NCBI GenBank assembly: GCA_034780895.1
Contig: JAUZTB010000068.1
Coordinates: 18,646,565-18,710,564 of the forward strand
Length of the DNA: 64,000 bases
Reading direction: 5' to 3'
Origin: Rhynchobatus australiae
Lineage: Eukaryota
This document shows, piece after piece, positions 38,901-50,900 of the stretch; the first letter of the stretch is position 1, and each line of letters opens with the position of its first letter. A model generated the notes under the pieces. The model had not been told where the DNA came from, searched no databases, and saw only the letters and a program-made list of their open reading frames with translations. Position numbers and translations under genes: made by a program.

Positions 38901-41900
38901 TACCATTTTACAATATAAAGCACAGGTTTCAAAACCATTCACAGAAACATTTTTCTTATGAGCTAGGCAAACACGTCAGAGTTTTGTTGCTCATATCCAA
39001 TACATGAGATTGAAGAACAATGTATACTTTTAAGAGTTTGATGTTTCTGTCCCCCACTTTCAGCTGATTAAAAAGCAACAAAAGCCAAAGCAGAAGTGTA
39101 TTTTTTGGTCAGTAATAATAGTCAGCAATATACTGGTGGTGACAAAAGCTAGAACTTCAAATATTTCCCATAACGAAGAGAACCATAAGTAATCAATGTA
39201 AATTGGCAATCCATTTTGAATAAATTTTGTAAATATTCTTATGGACCTGCATTCCACAACGATTCCAATGGAATGACTAAAAAGTACTGATGACAAATTT
39301 AAGTGCTAAACCTTTAACAATNNNNNNNNNNNNNNNNNNNNNNNNNNNNNNNNNNNNNNNNNNNNNNNNNNNNNNNNNNNNNNNNNNNNNNNNNNNNNNN
39401 NNNNNNNNNNNNNNNNNNNNNNNNNNNNNNNNNNNNNNNNNNNNNNNNNNNNNNNNNNNNNNNNNNNNNNNNNNNNNNNNNNNNNNNNNNNNNNNNNNNN
39501 NNNNNNNNNNNNNNNNNNNNNNNNNNNNNNNNNNNNNNNNNNNNNNNNNNNNNNNNNNNNNNNNNNNNNNNNNNNNNNNNNNNNNNNNNNNNNNNNNNNN
39601 NNNNNNNNNNNNNNNNNNNNNNNNNNNNNNNNNNNNNNNNNNNNNNNNNNNNNNNNNNNNNNNNNNNNNNNNNNNNNNNNNNNNNNNNNNNNNNNNNNNN
39701 NNNNNNNNNNNNNNNNNNNNNNNNNNNNNNNNNNNNNNNNNNNNNNNNNNNNNNNNNNNNNNNNNNNNNNNNNNNNNNNNNNNNNNNNNNNNNNNNNNNN
39801 NNNNNNNNNNNNNNNNNNCAGGTTCTCAGAAGTTTTCTGTCCCAGCTATTTCATTTACCACTGTTTCCCAAAGTTGCCATTTAGAAAGTGATAGGAGGCC
39901 TTCAGGACTGTCCATAGATCCTGTATAACAGCCTCTCAAATGGTTCATGGGTGCATTGTTAAAGGAAAAAACATGAGTGTCACTGATGCATGGTCAGAAA
40001 ATGTATTGAACTGATGATGATGCGTTTTTGCTTCTGGAAAAACCCAGGAACCACACAAGCACTTTATGTTCTAACGATCAATAATGTGTGTATTTTCTTT
40101 CATTACATCCCATGGTGCATGACTCTAATTATTGCTCTAATTTCCAGAGGTGTGACTGGTTTGTGCTGCTGGTTCCAGGAGTAGATGGATCTGACATCTG
40201 AGATTGAGTAGAAAGATTGTGAACCACAGGAGTGGCTGAGATGAAGTTAAATGATCCCAGAAGTATGTGAGAGTGAGGCCCAGGAGTGGGAACGCTGATG
40301 ATATTCTGAACTGTAGGATGGGCAGGAGAGGCGATTCAATACATGGAGATCGAAGCCTGATAATTTGGGATCTGCCATCTCTGACTTGACCTCTCCCCAA
40401 CCTAATGGTGTGAATGCTACTCCCTCAAGGTTTAATGCAGTCTACAGCCAGAATTGTCTAAGTCATCAAATTTATCCCATTGTTTCCTATAAAAACAAAA
40501 CAATCCATCAAAAGCTACTTGCAAATTTGCATGTTCAGCGAAGCTGACCCGATTCCTGTATCTGGCAGATTCCTCAGGTGACCTTCTGCAACAATAAAAA
40601 AATTAATAACTGCTTTCCAAACCCAGTCATTAATGCTCCTAACTATTACATACACTTTCAACTGGACACCATGGAAAAGAGACTATGGTTATTTTAGCAC
40701 TTGAGCCACAAGGATTCTCTTACTGATTTCCAGAACCAAAGAACCGGGACATAAAGAGCATCTCATACAGCTGTCAGAAAAAAAAGCAGCTTCACTGATA
40801 TTCTCTAAGAAAGGAAGCATGTCTTTCTTACTTATCCAGTCTGATTTGGGTGCAACTCCAGTCCTGTAATAATGTGGTTGGCTTTAACTGCCATCTAAGG
40901 TGGCCTATTAAGCTGGTCAATTGTACCAAGCCTCTAGAAAGGAACAGAACAATAAAACCGATTGGAAATGAGCAAAAAAAAATCTGCCTCCATAGATACT
41001 GCTTGACCCACCACGTTCCTCCAGCAAAGTCAGAGATAGTCAGCATTTCAGTTCAAGACCCTGCATCAGGGCTGAGAATGCAAAGGGAATATAGGCAATA
41101 TAAAGAGGTGACAGGGAGGGGTGAGACGGTCACCAGTAGGTGATGTTGAATGAGGTGAGGTGGGGGATGAAAGGGGAAAGTATTACGACAGAGGCTTGTT
41201 GGTAGAAACATACAAATAAAATTGGGCAGATGGTTTCCACCTATCACCCATCAGCCTCTATCTCAATACCCCCTCCCCCACCTAGCTCCATCTGCCTATC
41301 ATCCCCCACCTCACCAGATTCCAACTATAACCTACCCAGTCCCTGTCTCACCCCTCCCTCTCACCTCTTTACACTGCCTATCTGCCTTCTACACCGTCAG
41401 TCCCGATTGCTGGGTCTTGACCTGAAACCTTAACCATCCCTTTGCCTCCACAGATGCTTGGCCCACTGAGTTCCTCCAGTAGTTTGCTTCTTGCTCCCGA
41501 TTCCAGAATCTGCAGTCTCTGCGTCCCCAAATGAATGGTAACTAGGTCCACCTTGACATCTAATCAAGATATGGCACTCAGTTGCTGCAAAGCCCTCATA
41601 ATCATTTGAGAAATGCTATCAAGTTGGCAGAACTGTGGCAGAGACAAATTATCCAGAGCTGTGGATACCATGAGCTATCAGCAGCAATAATACGAATATT
41701 AATGAACCAGCATCTCCCTCATTTTACCATAACTGCTATTCTGGGGGATAATACTGGTCCAATGAAAGGTGTCAATCTGGTGAAGCTACAACACAGGACC
41801 ACATACAGACCAAAGAACAAAAGCTGCATGCAAAGGTCAGCTTAAGCAATTCCACCAACAATCAGATCAAAACTCCACTGTGCTGCTACACTCAGTTTCG

Positions 41901-44900
41901 AATGGTGACGGAAAGAAGCTTGCTCTATAAATAGACTGNNNNNNNNNNNNNNNNNNNNNTATCAAGGGAGTCTGAGAGACAAGGTTAAAGCATTTGCAAT
42001 CATCTTCAGCTGCAAGTGCAAAGTGAAAGATCTATCTATGCTTCCTCCCAAGGTCTCCACCAAAACAGCCAGTCTTCAGCCATTTAGATTCTCACCTTGT
42101 GATATCAAAAAACTGTTAAGAACTCAGGGTTCACTAAAAGATTGTAGAGTTATCATCATACAGCAGAGAAACAGGCCACTTGGCCCACCATGCCAACCAG
42201 TGGGGATGCACCCATTATTAATCCCATCTTCCAACACTTGGTCCATAGCTTTCCAGACCAGACAACATTCAAGCTGCAGTGAAGACCTGAGCACAAGAAA
42301 TAGCTGTGTCTCAAACAAGCTGTTCTAGTACAGCTGCAACACCCAACAATATAAAACTGCTCAAGCATGCTCCCTCAACAAAAAAGAGAATCCAATCCTA
42401 ATAATTATTATCCCATCAGTCTCGGCTTAATCAGCTGCAAATTGATGAAAGGTGACTGGAAGCAGCAATTACTCATCAGAAAACAGCTCAGTTTCACTTT
42501 CACGAGGACCTCTGAGGTGCATACCTCAATAAACATGAACAAAAGAATTGTATTCCAGCTACGAGAAATGAGTGCCTGCCCTTAACATGAATAAATTAAG
42601 AATGCTGTTAGACACTGCGGNNNNNNNNNNNNNNNNNNNTGGAGTCTAGATTAGGAGGGGCAGAGCCAGGAGGGGACTTAAATATGGGGATGAGTAATTT
42701 AAAATTAAGACCTAATGAGAACAGAACTCATGGCAAGAACAATAGGATGTAAACTATCTGATTCATCTTAAATGCATGGGAATAGGATAAAATTGTAGCA
42801 ATATAGTATTTTTTGAACAAGCATTAAAACAATTCTATGTTCTCCAACACCAAGCAGCCAGTAGTTGGCATTAATATCAGAATTCTAATAACCAGAGGAA
42901 ATAGAAAACCTTAAAAATACATTTCATAGTGTAATGTTCCTAGACAGATGTTAACAGATGACATTTTGGATCTCTGCTCTTTCACTTTTAAAGATCATGG
43001 GAGTTATACAAAGTATGGCAAAACTGACCTGAATCTGATGGTTCTGATCTTCTTGGTTTAGGAGGAGAAACAGATTCGTGCTTCACACTACCTTTCCGTT
43101 TCGGTGCTATCAGTAAATAATTTAAATAGTCTAGTTAACATATGCATTTAACTGAGCATCAATTAATCCATTTACTTTTTTCCTAACCATTCATTAACCT
43201 GTGCTACACAGCATTTCNNNNNNNNNNNNNNNNNNNNNNNNNNNNNNNNNNNNNNNNNNNNNNNNNGCTAGGGGTGATTACACAGAACCCCCATGGGGCT
43301 ATATCTAATTTCCTTATGCTATTAAAAGAACCAACAATAGAAAATGTCAATATGATCATGATTCCTATCTCTTAAGAACAGTACTGCTGAAAGTTTTGTG
43401 TGAGAGTGCACAAATAGCAACAGTGAACACATTAGCTACAAGAAAACAATTTGACCCATTAAGAAGTTAGGTTACAGCACTTCAAAAGAACGAGTCTATC
43501 CAATCAGATTAAGTAAACTCCCAAAGAGGTAGGTTTCACTGAAGCATAGATATAGAAGTATTCTAATCTTCTCAAACTACATCATGTCTAAACTTGGAAA
43601 AAATTAGGAGTGATACTGTTGATCCTTTACTTAAATTTTAAGACATTTGGAGTCCATTTATTCAATACTTTCATATAATATAGATCCCTTTTCAATTTAA
43701 AGGAATGGAGTTGACAACGTAATATTGCTGTTTTTATTGAGAAATTACAATCCAGTTTTTTCTTTCTTTTTAATTTCTTTTTTTCGAAATGTTCTTTATA
43801 GTTTAATTTGTTATTGATTTGGGGATTTTTTTTATATATACAATAAATCTTTTTCTTTCNNNNNNNNNNNNNNNNNNNNNNNNNNNNNNNNNNNNNNNNN
43901 NNNNNNNNNNNNNNNNNNNNNNNNNNNNNNNNNNNNNNNNNNNNNNNNNNNNNNNNNNNTATACAATAAATCTTTTTCTTTCTTCTCTTTCATATTATAT
44001 TCATCTACTAAGAGATCATGAGATCTAGATTTTTTTTAATATTATTACGTTTTATGATTATCTATGTCATGATTGCTCTCTTGGTCTCTTTGTATTACAT
44101 GAACAATCATTGATGTTAAATATTAATCTGTATTAATTTGGAAACTAATAAAAAGATTGAAAAAGAAAGAAGTATTCTAATCAAAATTATCTGTATATTT
44201 ATTCGAATAAAACTTACCTGGCCTAGCAGGAGAAACAGAGGTATAACCTTTCCTTGAACGATTCACATGTGGAGGAGAAGACAATCGTGGCCCTTTATGA
44301 GCTGGACTTGTCGCAGTCACAGGTGATCGATGTCGTCTCCTGGGAGGGGTAGCAGGACTTGGGGAAGATCGGCGAGGTTTGCGGGGAGGACTAATTGATA
44401 TACGTTTTGTCTTCTTTGGAGGTGACCTTGATCTGGAAGAGGAAGAGGAACTACTGCCCGAGGAAGAAACTGAGGGAGATCGACGCCTATGGGAATCAAG
44501 TTGAAATATACTGTAAAATTGCATTTTAAATGCTTTGCCACTCTCTCCCCACTCCATTACTGAAAAGCAGCAAGATATCAAGTTAATTCCCATAGCTGTT
44601 TAGAAGTAAAGGTGGATCAATGAAATCATAATAAAACTTTACACAAAATTTCATTGAATAAAATGAATAGTTATTAGCTAAAACAAATGGAAGTGGCCTG
44701 CTCAGGAACATGAACTTCAAAACCTCCCTAAAGGAGAAAAATTTACTGTCAAGATTTCCCTTCCTTCAGAAGTTCAAGACAGATTCCAGCTCCCACAGTT
44801 ACACTTCTTCAAACAAGTTGAAGAAACTTCAGACTTGAAGGTATTCTTGCCCTACACAGAGCTTCCTTGGCATTATTACTCTTGCTCAGGCAGAAAAATC

Positions 44901-47900
44901 CAAAGCTTTCAGATTTCTTAAGGATATGCTATTTTTATGCTATTCTCCTGACAGTTATTGGTTGCAAACTTCAAAACCTCAGCAAATTAGGTATACTTCA
45001 ACTATAGATTTTTTTTTCTACAAAGGAATGCTGCAGAAATCCCATATTTTACATACATTTAATTGGAAGATGAGGAGTTTTTTGAAGTTCTTTCAATCAC
45101 TGGTCACTGGGAAATTATATACTTAAGTAGGAGAAAGAATATGCCTATTTTGGCATAAGTTAGAACTGGTTTGCAGAATGTAAACTCTGCCAAGTGCATG
45201 CGCATTCAGCTTGGGTTATTTTTTTTGGATAAATTATATGGGTATTTTAGAATCATTAGGATAATGAAAACCAAGAAATTAAGGTTGGTTTAGTTTTAAA
45301 ATTAAAATAAACATCTTCAGTTGCACTGTATATACAATTAGTGCAATTTGTTTAATGAAACGTTGATCTAATAAAGCAGCTGAAATAAATATTGGGAAAA
45401 ATCTTTTTTTTTGCCCCCAAAGGCATTAAATATATAACCTGACAATCATCTTCAATAGCATAAAAAGAAGCTGCTGGAGGAATTCAGTGTGTCAGGCAGC
45501 ATCTGTAGAGGCAAAGGGATATCCTTTTGCCTCCACAGCTGCTGTCTGACCTGCTGAGTTTTTGCTCCAGATCACAGNNNNNNNNNNNNNNNNNNNNNNN
45601 NNNNNNNNNNNNNNNNNNNNNNNNNNNNNNNNNNNNNNNNNNNNNNNNNNNNNNNNNNNNNNNNNNNNNNNNNNNNNCCCAAAATGTCGACTATCCCTTT
45701 GCCTCCACAGCTGCTGTCTGACCTGCTGAGTTTTTGCTCCAGATCACAGCATCTGCAGTCTCGTGTCTCGAATCATCTTCAATACATGAATTTAATAGGC
45801 AAATGAACACTCTGAGCTATCTTCTCTGAACTAGGAATAAATATAGGTAAAATTTTGCCAATGCTGAAGCTGTTCAAATTTGAACTGCTAGTGTTCAGTC
45901 CTTTAAACATCAGACTTAGACACACACACACACAAACACAAAAGTCTGAAACGTACTGAGGAATAAATTACACCGTTATTTGCAATTCCCACCATCGTTT
46001 GGAAATTGCCACTCAAATCCTACACAAGGTTAGACCAGACATAGAATCTCAATAAAGTTTCTAGGGCTGAACATTAGGCAGCCATGGAGAAGGGATATTT
46101 CCCTTTTTAAATTGCTTTATTTTAGTTTATTATTTCCAAGTTTCTTTTTAATGATTTTTAATCATTTTGAAATGCTTCTGCATATCAGATAATTATAAAT
46201 TTCAAATCCTTAACAGCTTTAATTGAATGCCAAGCTAAGCCCACAATTTTACATTTTGCACAAATACAAAAACTAATGAGGTATTGCTATCTATCACAAN
46301 NNNNNNNNNNNNNNNNNNNNNNNNNNNNNNNNNNNNNNNNNNNNNNNNNNNNNNNNNNNNNNNNNNNNNNNNNNNNNNNNNNNNNNNNNNNNNNNNNNNA
46401 ACAACGAATGAGGTATTGCTATCTATCACAAGGGAGCAGAAGGCCAGCAAGTTCTGCCCTTCCATCCAACCACGTGAGCACAGATATCTAGGGATTCCCA
46501 GCAGTGGAGCCAGATCCTGCACTGTACAGTCTATTATTATTAATTCTTCAGAAAAGCTAAAGGTATACCTTCTAATAGGTGATCTACTCCTTCTGTGTCT
46601 GGAAGGAGGTGGAAGTGGTGGCAAACGTCTTGGTGGGCTCCTCCTTCGAGGTGGAGACCTCCGCCTTGGACTTGACCGTCTTCGAGGTGAATAGGACCTG
46701 AAATTGCAAAATTTGGAATAGCAACTAGAAAAGACAGAAAGTAGATTTAAAGATTAACAACAAGGAAATAAAACAAAATATTTTACCTTGACCGGGACCT
46801 AGGACGCCTCCTCGGCCGTGAATGAGAACGTGAACGGGACCTAGACTTTGACTTTGACCGCGAACGTGAGCGATGGCGATTTTTTTCCTTCCTTTCCTTC
46901 TCCTTTTTAATTGGTTGTTCTAATAAAGTTTCTTTAACATCAGGTGTTGAGGGTTTGATTTCCTTCAGAATGTCACTATAGATAAGGAGAAAATTGTTTT
47001 AGATTTTTCTCAGAACTTAGGGATTGCAAATGATGGCTGAATGTGTCCCAATAATTTTTACTCCATTCGATAGGAAAGGCAGTGCAACTGAAGAGCCACA
47101 ATTCATTGTAAAGCAATCCAATGCAAATACATCCACCTGAAATGTCTGCATGTCAAGAGACCTTCAAATCAGAATAAAAGAAAACAAATCAGACAGCAAC
47201 TAGAAAATGTTTATGTTTCAGATCAGTGTACTTTTATCATAAGATTTCAAGTTCAATTCAGCTGTTCTGATTCAGGCACAACCTGTTATCAGGGAAGGGA
47301 GAAATAAGAATGTCCAGGATCCTTTAAGCCTCTTGAATTTGATGGTTGTGCAGACTTGGTGACCAAAGTATGACAGGTCATCAAATGGGTAATGTGGCCC
47401 CTTGTGCCGTGATGGCGGAGACCCAGCCTTTGCTCTTATTGATAAGGTGCTTGTTGCCCTCTGAATGAGGGCAATCTGCATGTTAGATGAACAAAGTGAC
47501 CATAGGATAAAGGTAAAGGAAGCTGTTCATGGGAGAAGTGATGAGGAACAAGGTGGTAATCAAGGATAGTAATGTCAAAGGGATAAACTCTTTCTGTCAT
47601 CATAACCAGGAGAACAAACATAATGTTGCCTGCCTGAAAGCCAGGGTCAAAAACATTCCTTCATAGCTGCAAAAGAACATGGAAGAAAATGATTTAATCC
47701 AGCTGTCGTGGCCAATGATAAAATTTAAATAAGGAACAGCACTTTGCTAAGATAGTTTGAAGTCCTGAGTCCAAATTAAATGCAGAACTTCACAAATAAT
47801 CTCTCTATTATTAGCTGACCCAGATACAAACTGGCATAGGAACTAAGATATTAAATTTATGGTTGAGAGTTGAGTGGGAAGTAGGGATTCTAATTTACAG

Positions 47901-50900
47901 GACACAAGCACAAGTACTGCTAAGAACAGCAACAGTGTTAGGATATGCTCTATTAATCTTGAATGGGATCAACCTGTGGTGAATTAAGTAACAAAGATAG
48001 GGGTTTAAACTAACTGAAGGATTAAGAAAAGAATAAATTTAAAAACAAAAGTCAACTCTGCTCTGCAACCTCATGTGAGTTAAAGTAACCTGANNNNNNN
48101 NNNNNNNNNNNNNNNNNNNNATGGTTAACCCTCAGATTTAATCCTTTGCGCAAGGTGACATGAAGGAACAATAAAAGTTAAACTGGAAGTATTTCATCTA
48201 AATATGCAAATGTACTCAATAAAACAGATGAGTTAAGACCACAGGTTTTGACCTAAACAGAGAACTGGTTGCAGAGTGGCTAGGGCTAGACTGAACTTTA
48301 AGAAGTTATCAAGGAGGGCTAATGGGGGTTAATATGGAAGTTTACATGAAATTTAGCAGAGTGCCAGATGGCTAACTGATCGGAAAAGTTTAGGATCATG
48401 GAATCCAAGGGAAAAAGGCAAACTGGATAAAAAAATGGCTCCATGGCAAAAAGTAATGATCAATATGTCTTTCAGTATCCAAAAGGTTGTTTGCAGTGAT
48501 GTTCCATGAGCTCAAGAGCTACATCACATAATGGATGGTTGAAGACTTGAATGTATGGTTCATGATTAAGAAGTTTGAGTTCAATGACTAGTTCTGAACT
48601 CTTCACTTATATCAGATCTCAATGCAGACAGGGTATTGTATCCCCTTCAATAAAGGAAGCTTAAATAAAAAACAAGGTAAACCTTGTTGAAGTTGCTTCT
48701 GGCGCAGGTGATTCTTTTTTTTCTTTAAGTGAGAGATCTGGCTCAGGTGAGAGTTGCTCTGGCTTCTTGACTGTAGATACTGGTGAAGCACTTCTACTCC
48801 CACTTCTGGTCCTGCGACGAGGAGACCTAGACGGAGAACGCTTTCTCTCCCTTCTTGCTGGTGATCGCCTCCTAGGTGATGGAGATCTTGACTTCCGTCT
48901 GTAAGAATTAACACACTCTTAAAATCCAGCAATATTTGCCACAAAAACAACTGGTAAAATGCTTCTGGTAATGAAAACTCAGTAATTGTTGTTCCTGACT
49001 AGGTTAAAAAAAAAGATGCTACACCATCTTAAAAGCCAATGTTTAAAAGACTTTCAATTCACTAGTTAATGATTCAATAATTTTCATGATTCTTTTAAAG
49101 GGATCAACAAGTCTGAACATTCACTAAACCTGTTGGCAATAACTTAAGATCCCTTGTGATACAACTTTCGTAAAGAAAGTTCAGAGTCCAGATACTACAA
49201 TACTGAAGCAATTTGGTACTAACCGTGGCATTTCATAAATGAACCTTTGAAATGGCGCTGAATAGCATTTTACATGCCCAGTATGGAAACACATAACTAC
49301 ATATAAATAAAAAGTTGCTGCAAACCTGTAATTTTTTTTTAAAAAGAGAGCATGCTGGAAACACTCAATATAACAGGATGCATCCATACTGGAAACAGAA
49401 AAGATAACTGTCAAAAATTACAGGAATTACTGGAAACATTCAGCATCTGTGGGAAGAGAAATAGAGGACTGAGACCCTTCATTGGTTCTGCTAAAGGGTC
49501 TCAGACCTGAAACACTAACTTTGTTTCTCTTTCCACAGATACTGCCTGGCCTGCTACGTGTTCTAACATTTCCTGGTTTTATTTCAGATTTCTGGCATCT
49601 GATTTTTTTTACATTTAAGGTGACAGCTCAGGTTTGGGCTCTGTCAAAACTAGGAGATTTACTGCTGAGCAGCATTTAAAACAGAATTGAAAAAGAACTG
49701 GGAATGAAAAGGGAAATAAACACTCAATCCTTGCTATATCTGCTGACTTGTTGTCCATGGACCTGCATACTTATAAGGTCAGCCCCAGTTCCCATCTCAA
49801 TTTTTTTTCAAATGAATCTGTAAACATGTAAACATTTTCTGTACAATAGGGAGTTCAGTTTTCTAGCCACTTGTGTCAAGTGACTCACTGCAAGAATAGA
49901 GAACAGTCTCAGTTTACACAGCTGCACCTTATGATTTCAAGGCCAATTATGTTTCAAAGCACCTATACGTTCAATTAAATTAGTATTGCTAGCTAATATT
50001 TCCTTTTAGTACTGAAGTGTTTTAAAGTGTTTATTAATGCATGTTGATGCTTTCAGAACATTATGTGGCACATTTATATTTATTATACATATTACTATAT
50101 TATGTACAGGATACAAATGAAAGGGCCTTAATGGCATCCACAAATTTTGTCATCTGTGAGAACTTTGTGCCCTTATCCCATGTGGATAACAAGAATTTAA
50201 ATTTTTTTTCAAAATTTTATCTACAGCATGGTAACAGGCCCTTCCGGCCCAACGAGTCCACATCGCCCATTTTTTAAACCCCAAATTAACCTACCCGTAC
50301 ATCTTTGTAATTTAGTGTAGATACATGAGTAAAGAAAGAGCATGACTTACAAAATATTAAAGCACAAGACAGGAATGATTAAATCACAAGAGAGGATAGC
50401 ATTAGGTAAAGGAAATACCATGAGATAAATAAAATATCTTTTCAAAACTATTAAAATTTTACCATTTTAAAAAGATTAAGCTATTTCCCAAAAAAATGCT
50501 AAAAACTTCATGACTGTTGCAAAATTTTCAGGAATAAAAATGCATAATATTTATAGCAAGTGGCAGCAACATACATTTACAGATCAAATTTGGAGTTTTT
50601 TTTAATATACACAACACTGTCCAGTACTTAAATTAACCAAAATTTGGTTACATAAACAATATCAACTTTGAGGTGGTGAGAAGATGGGGAGAATTCATCA
50701 TCACATCATAGTAAATGCAATTAAGTAGCACAGTATAAACTTGATAAAAACTGAAGGCTGCAGCTGACACTATGTGCAAAACTGCCTACACATCACGCCT
50801 TTGGGAAAACACGAACTTAACAAAGAAGGAACAGCGGTGAAAACATTATAGAAATTATAAACTGTCGCCACTATAGCCACTACATTGAACTGTAACCTAA

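Noticed and set aside
13299-46420. Direct repeats flanking 100-N gaps (13312, 19281, 25113, 43860, 45578, 46300)
   Set aside because: The same sequence on both sides of a fixed-size gap is typical of unmerged contig overlaps, so these are likely assembly artefacts rather than tandem repeats or TSDs.
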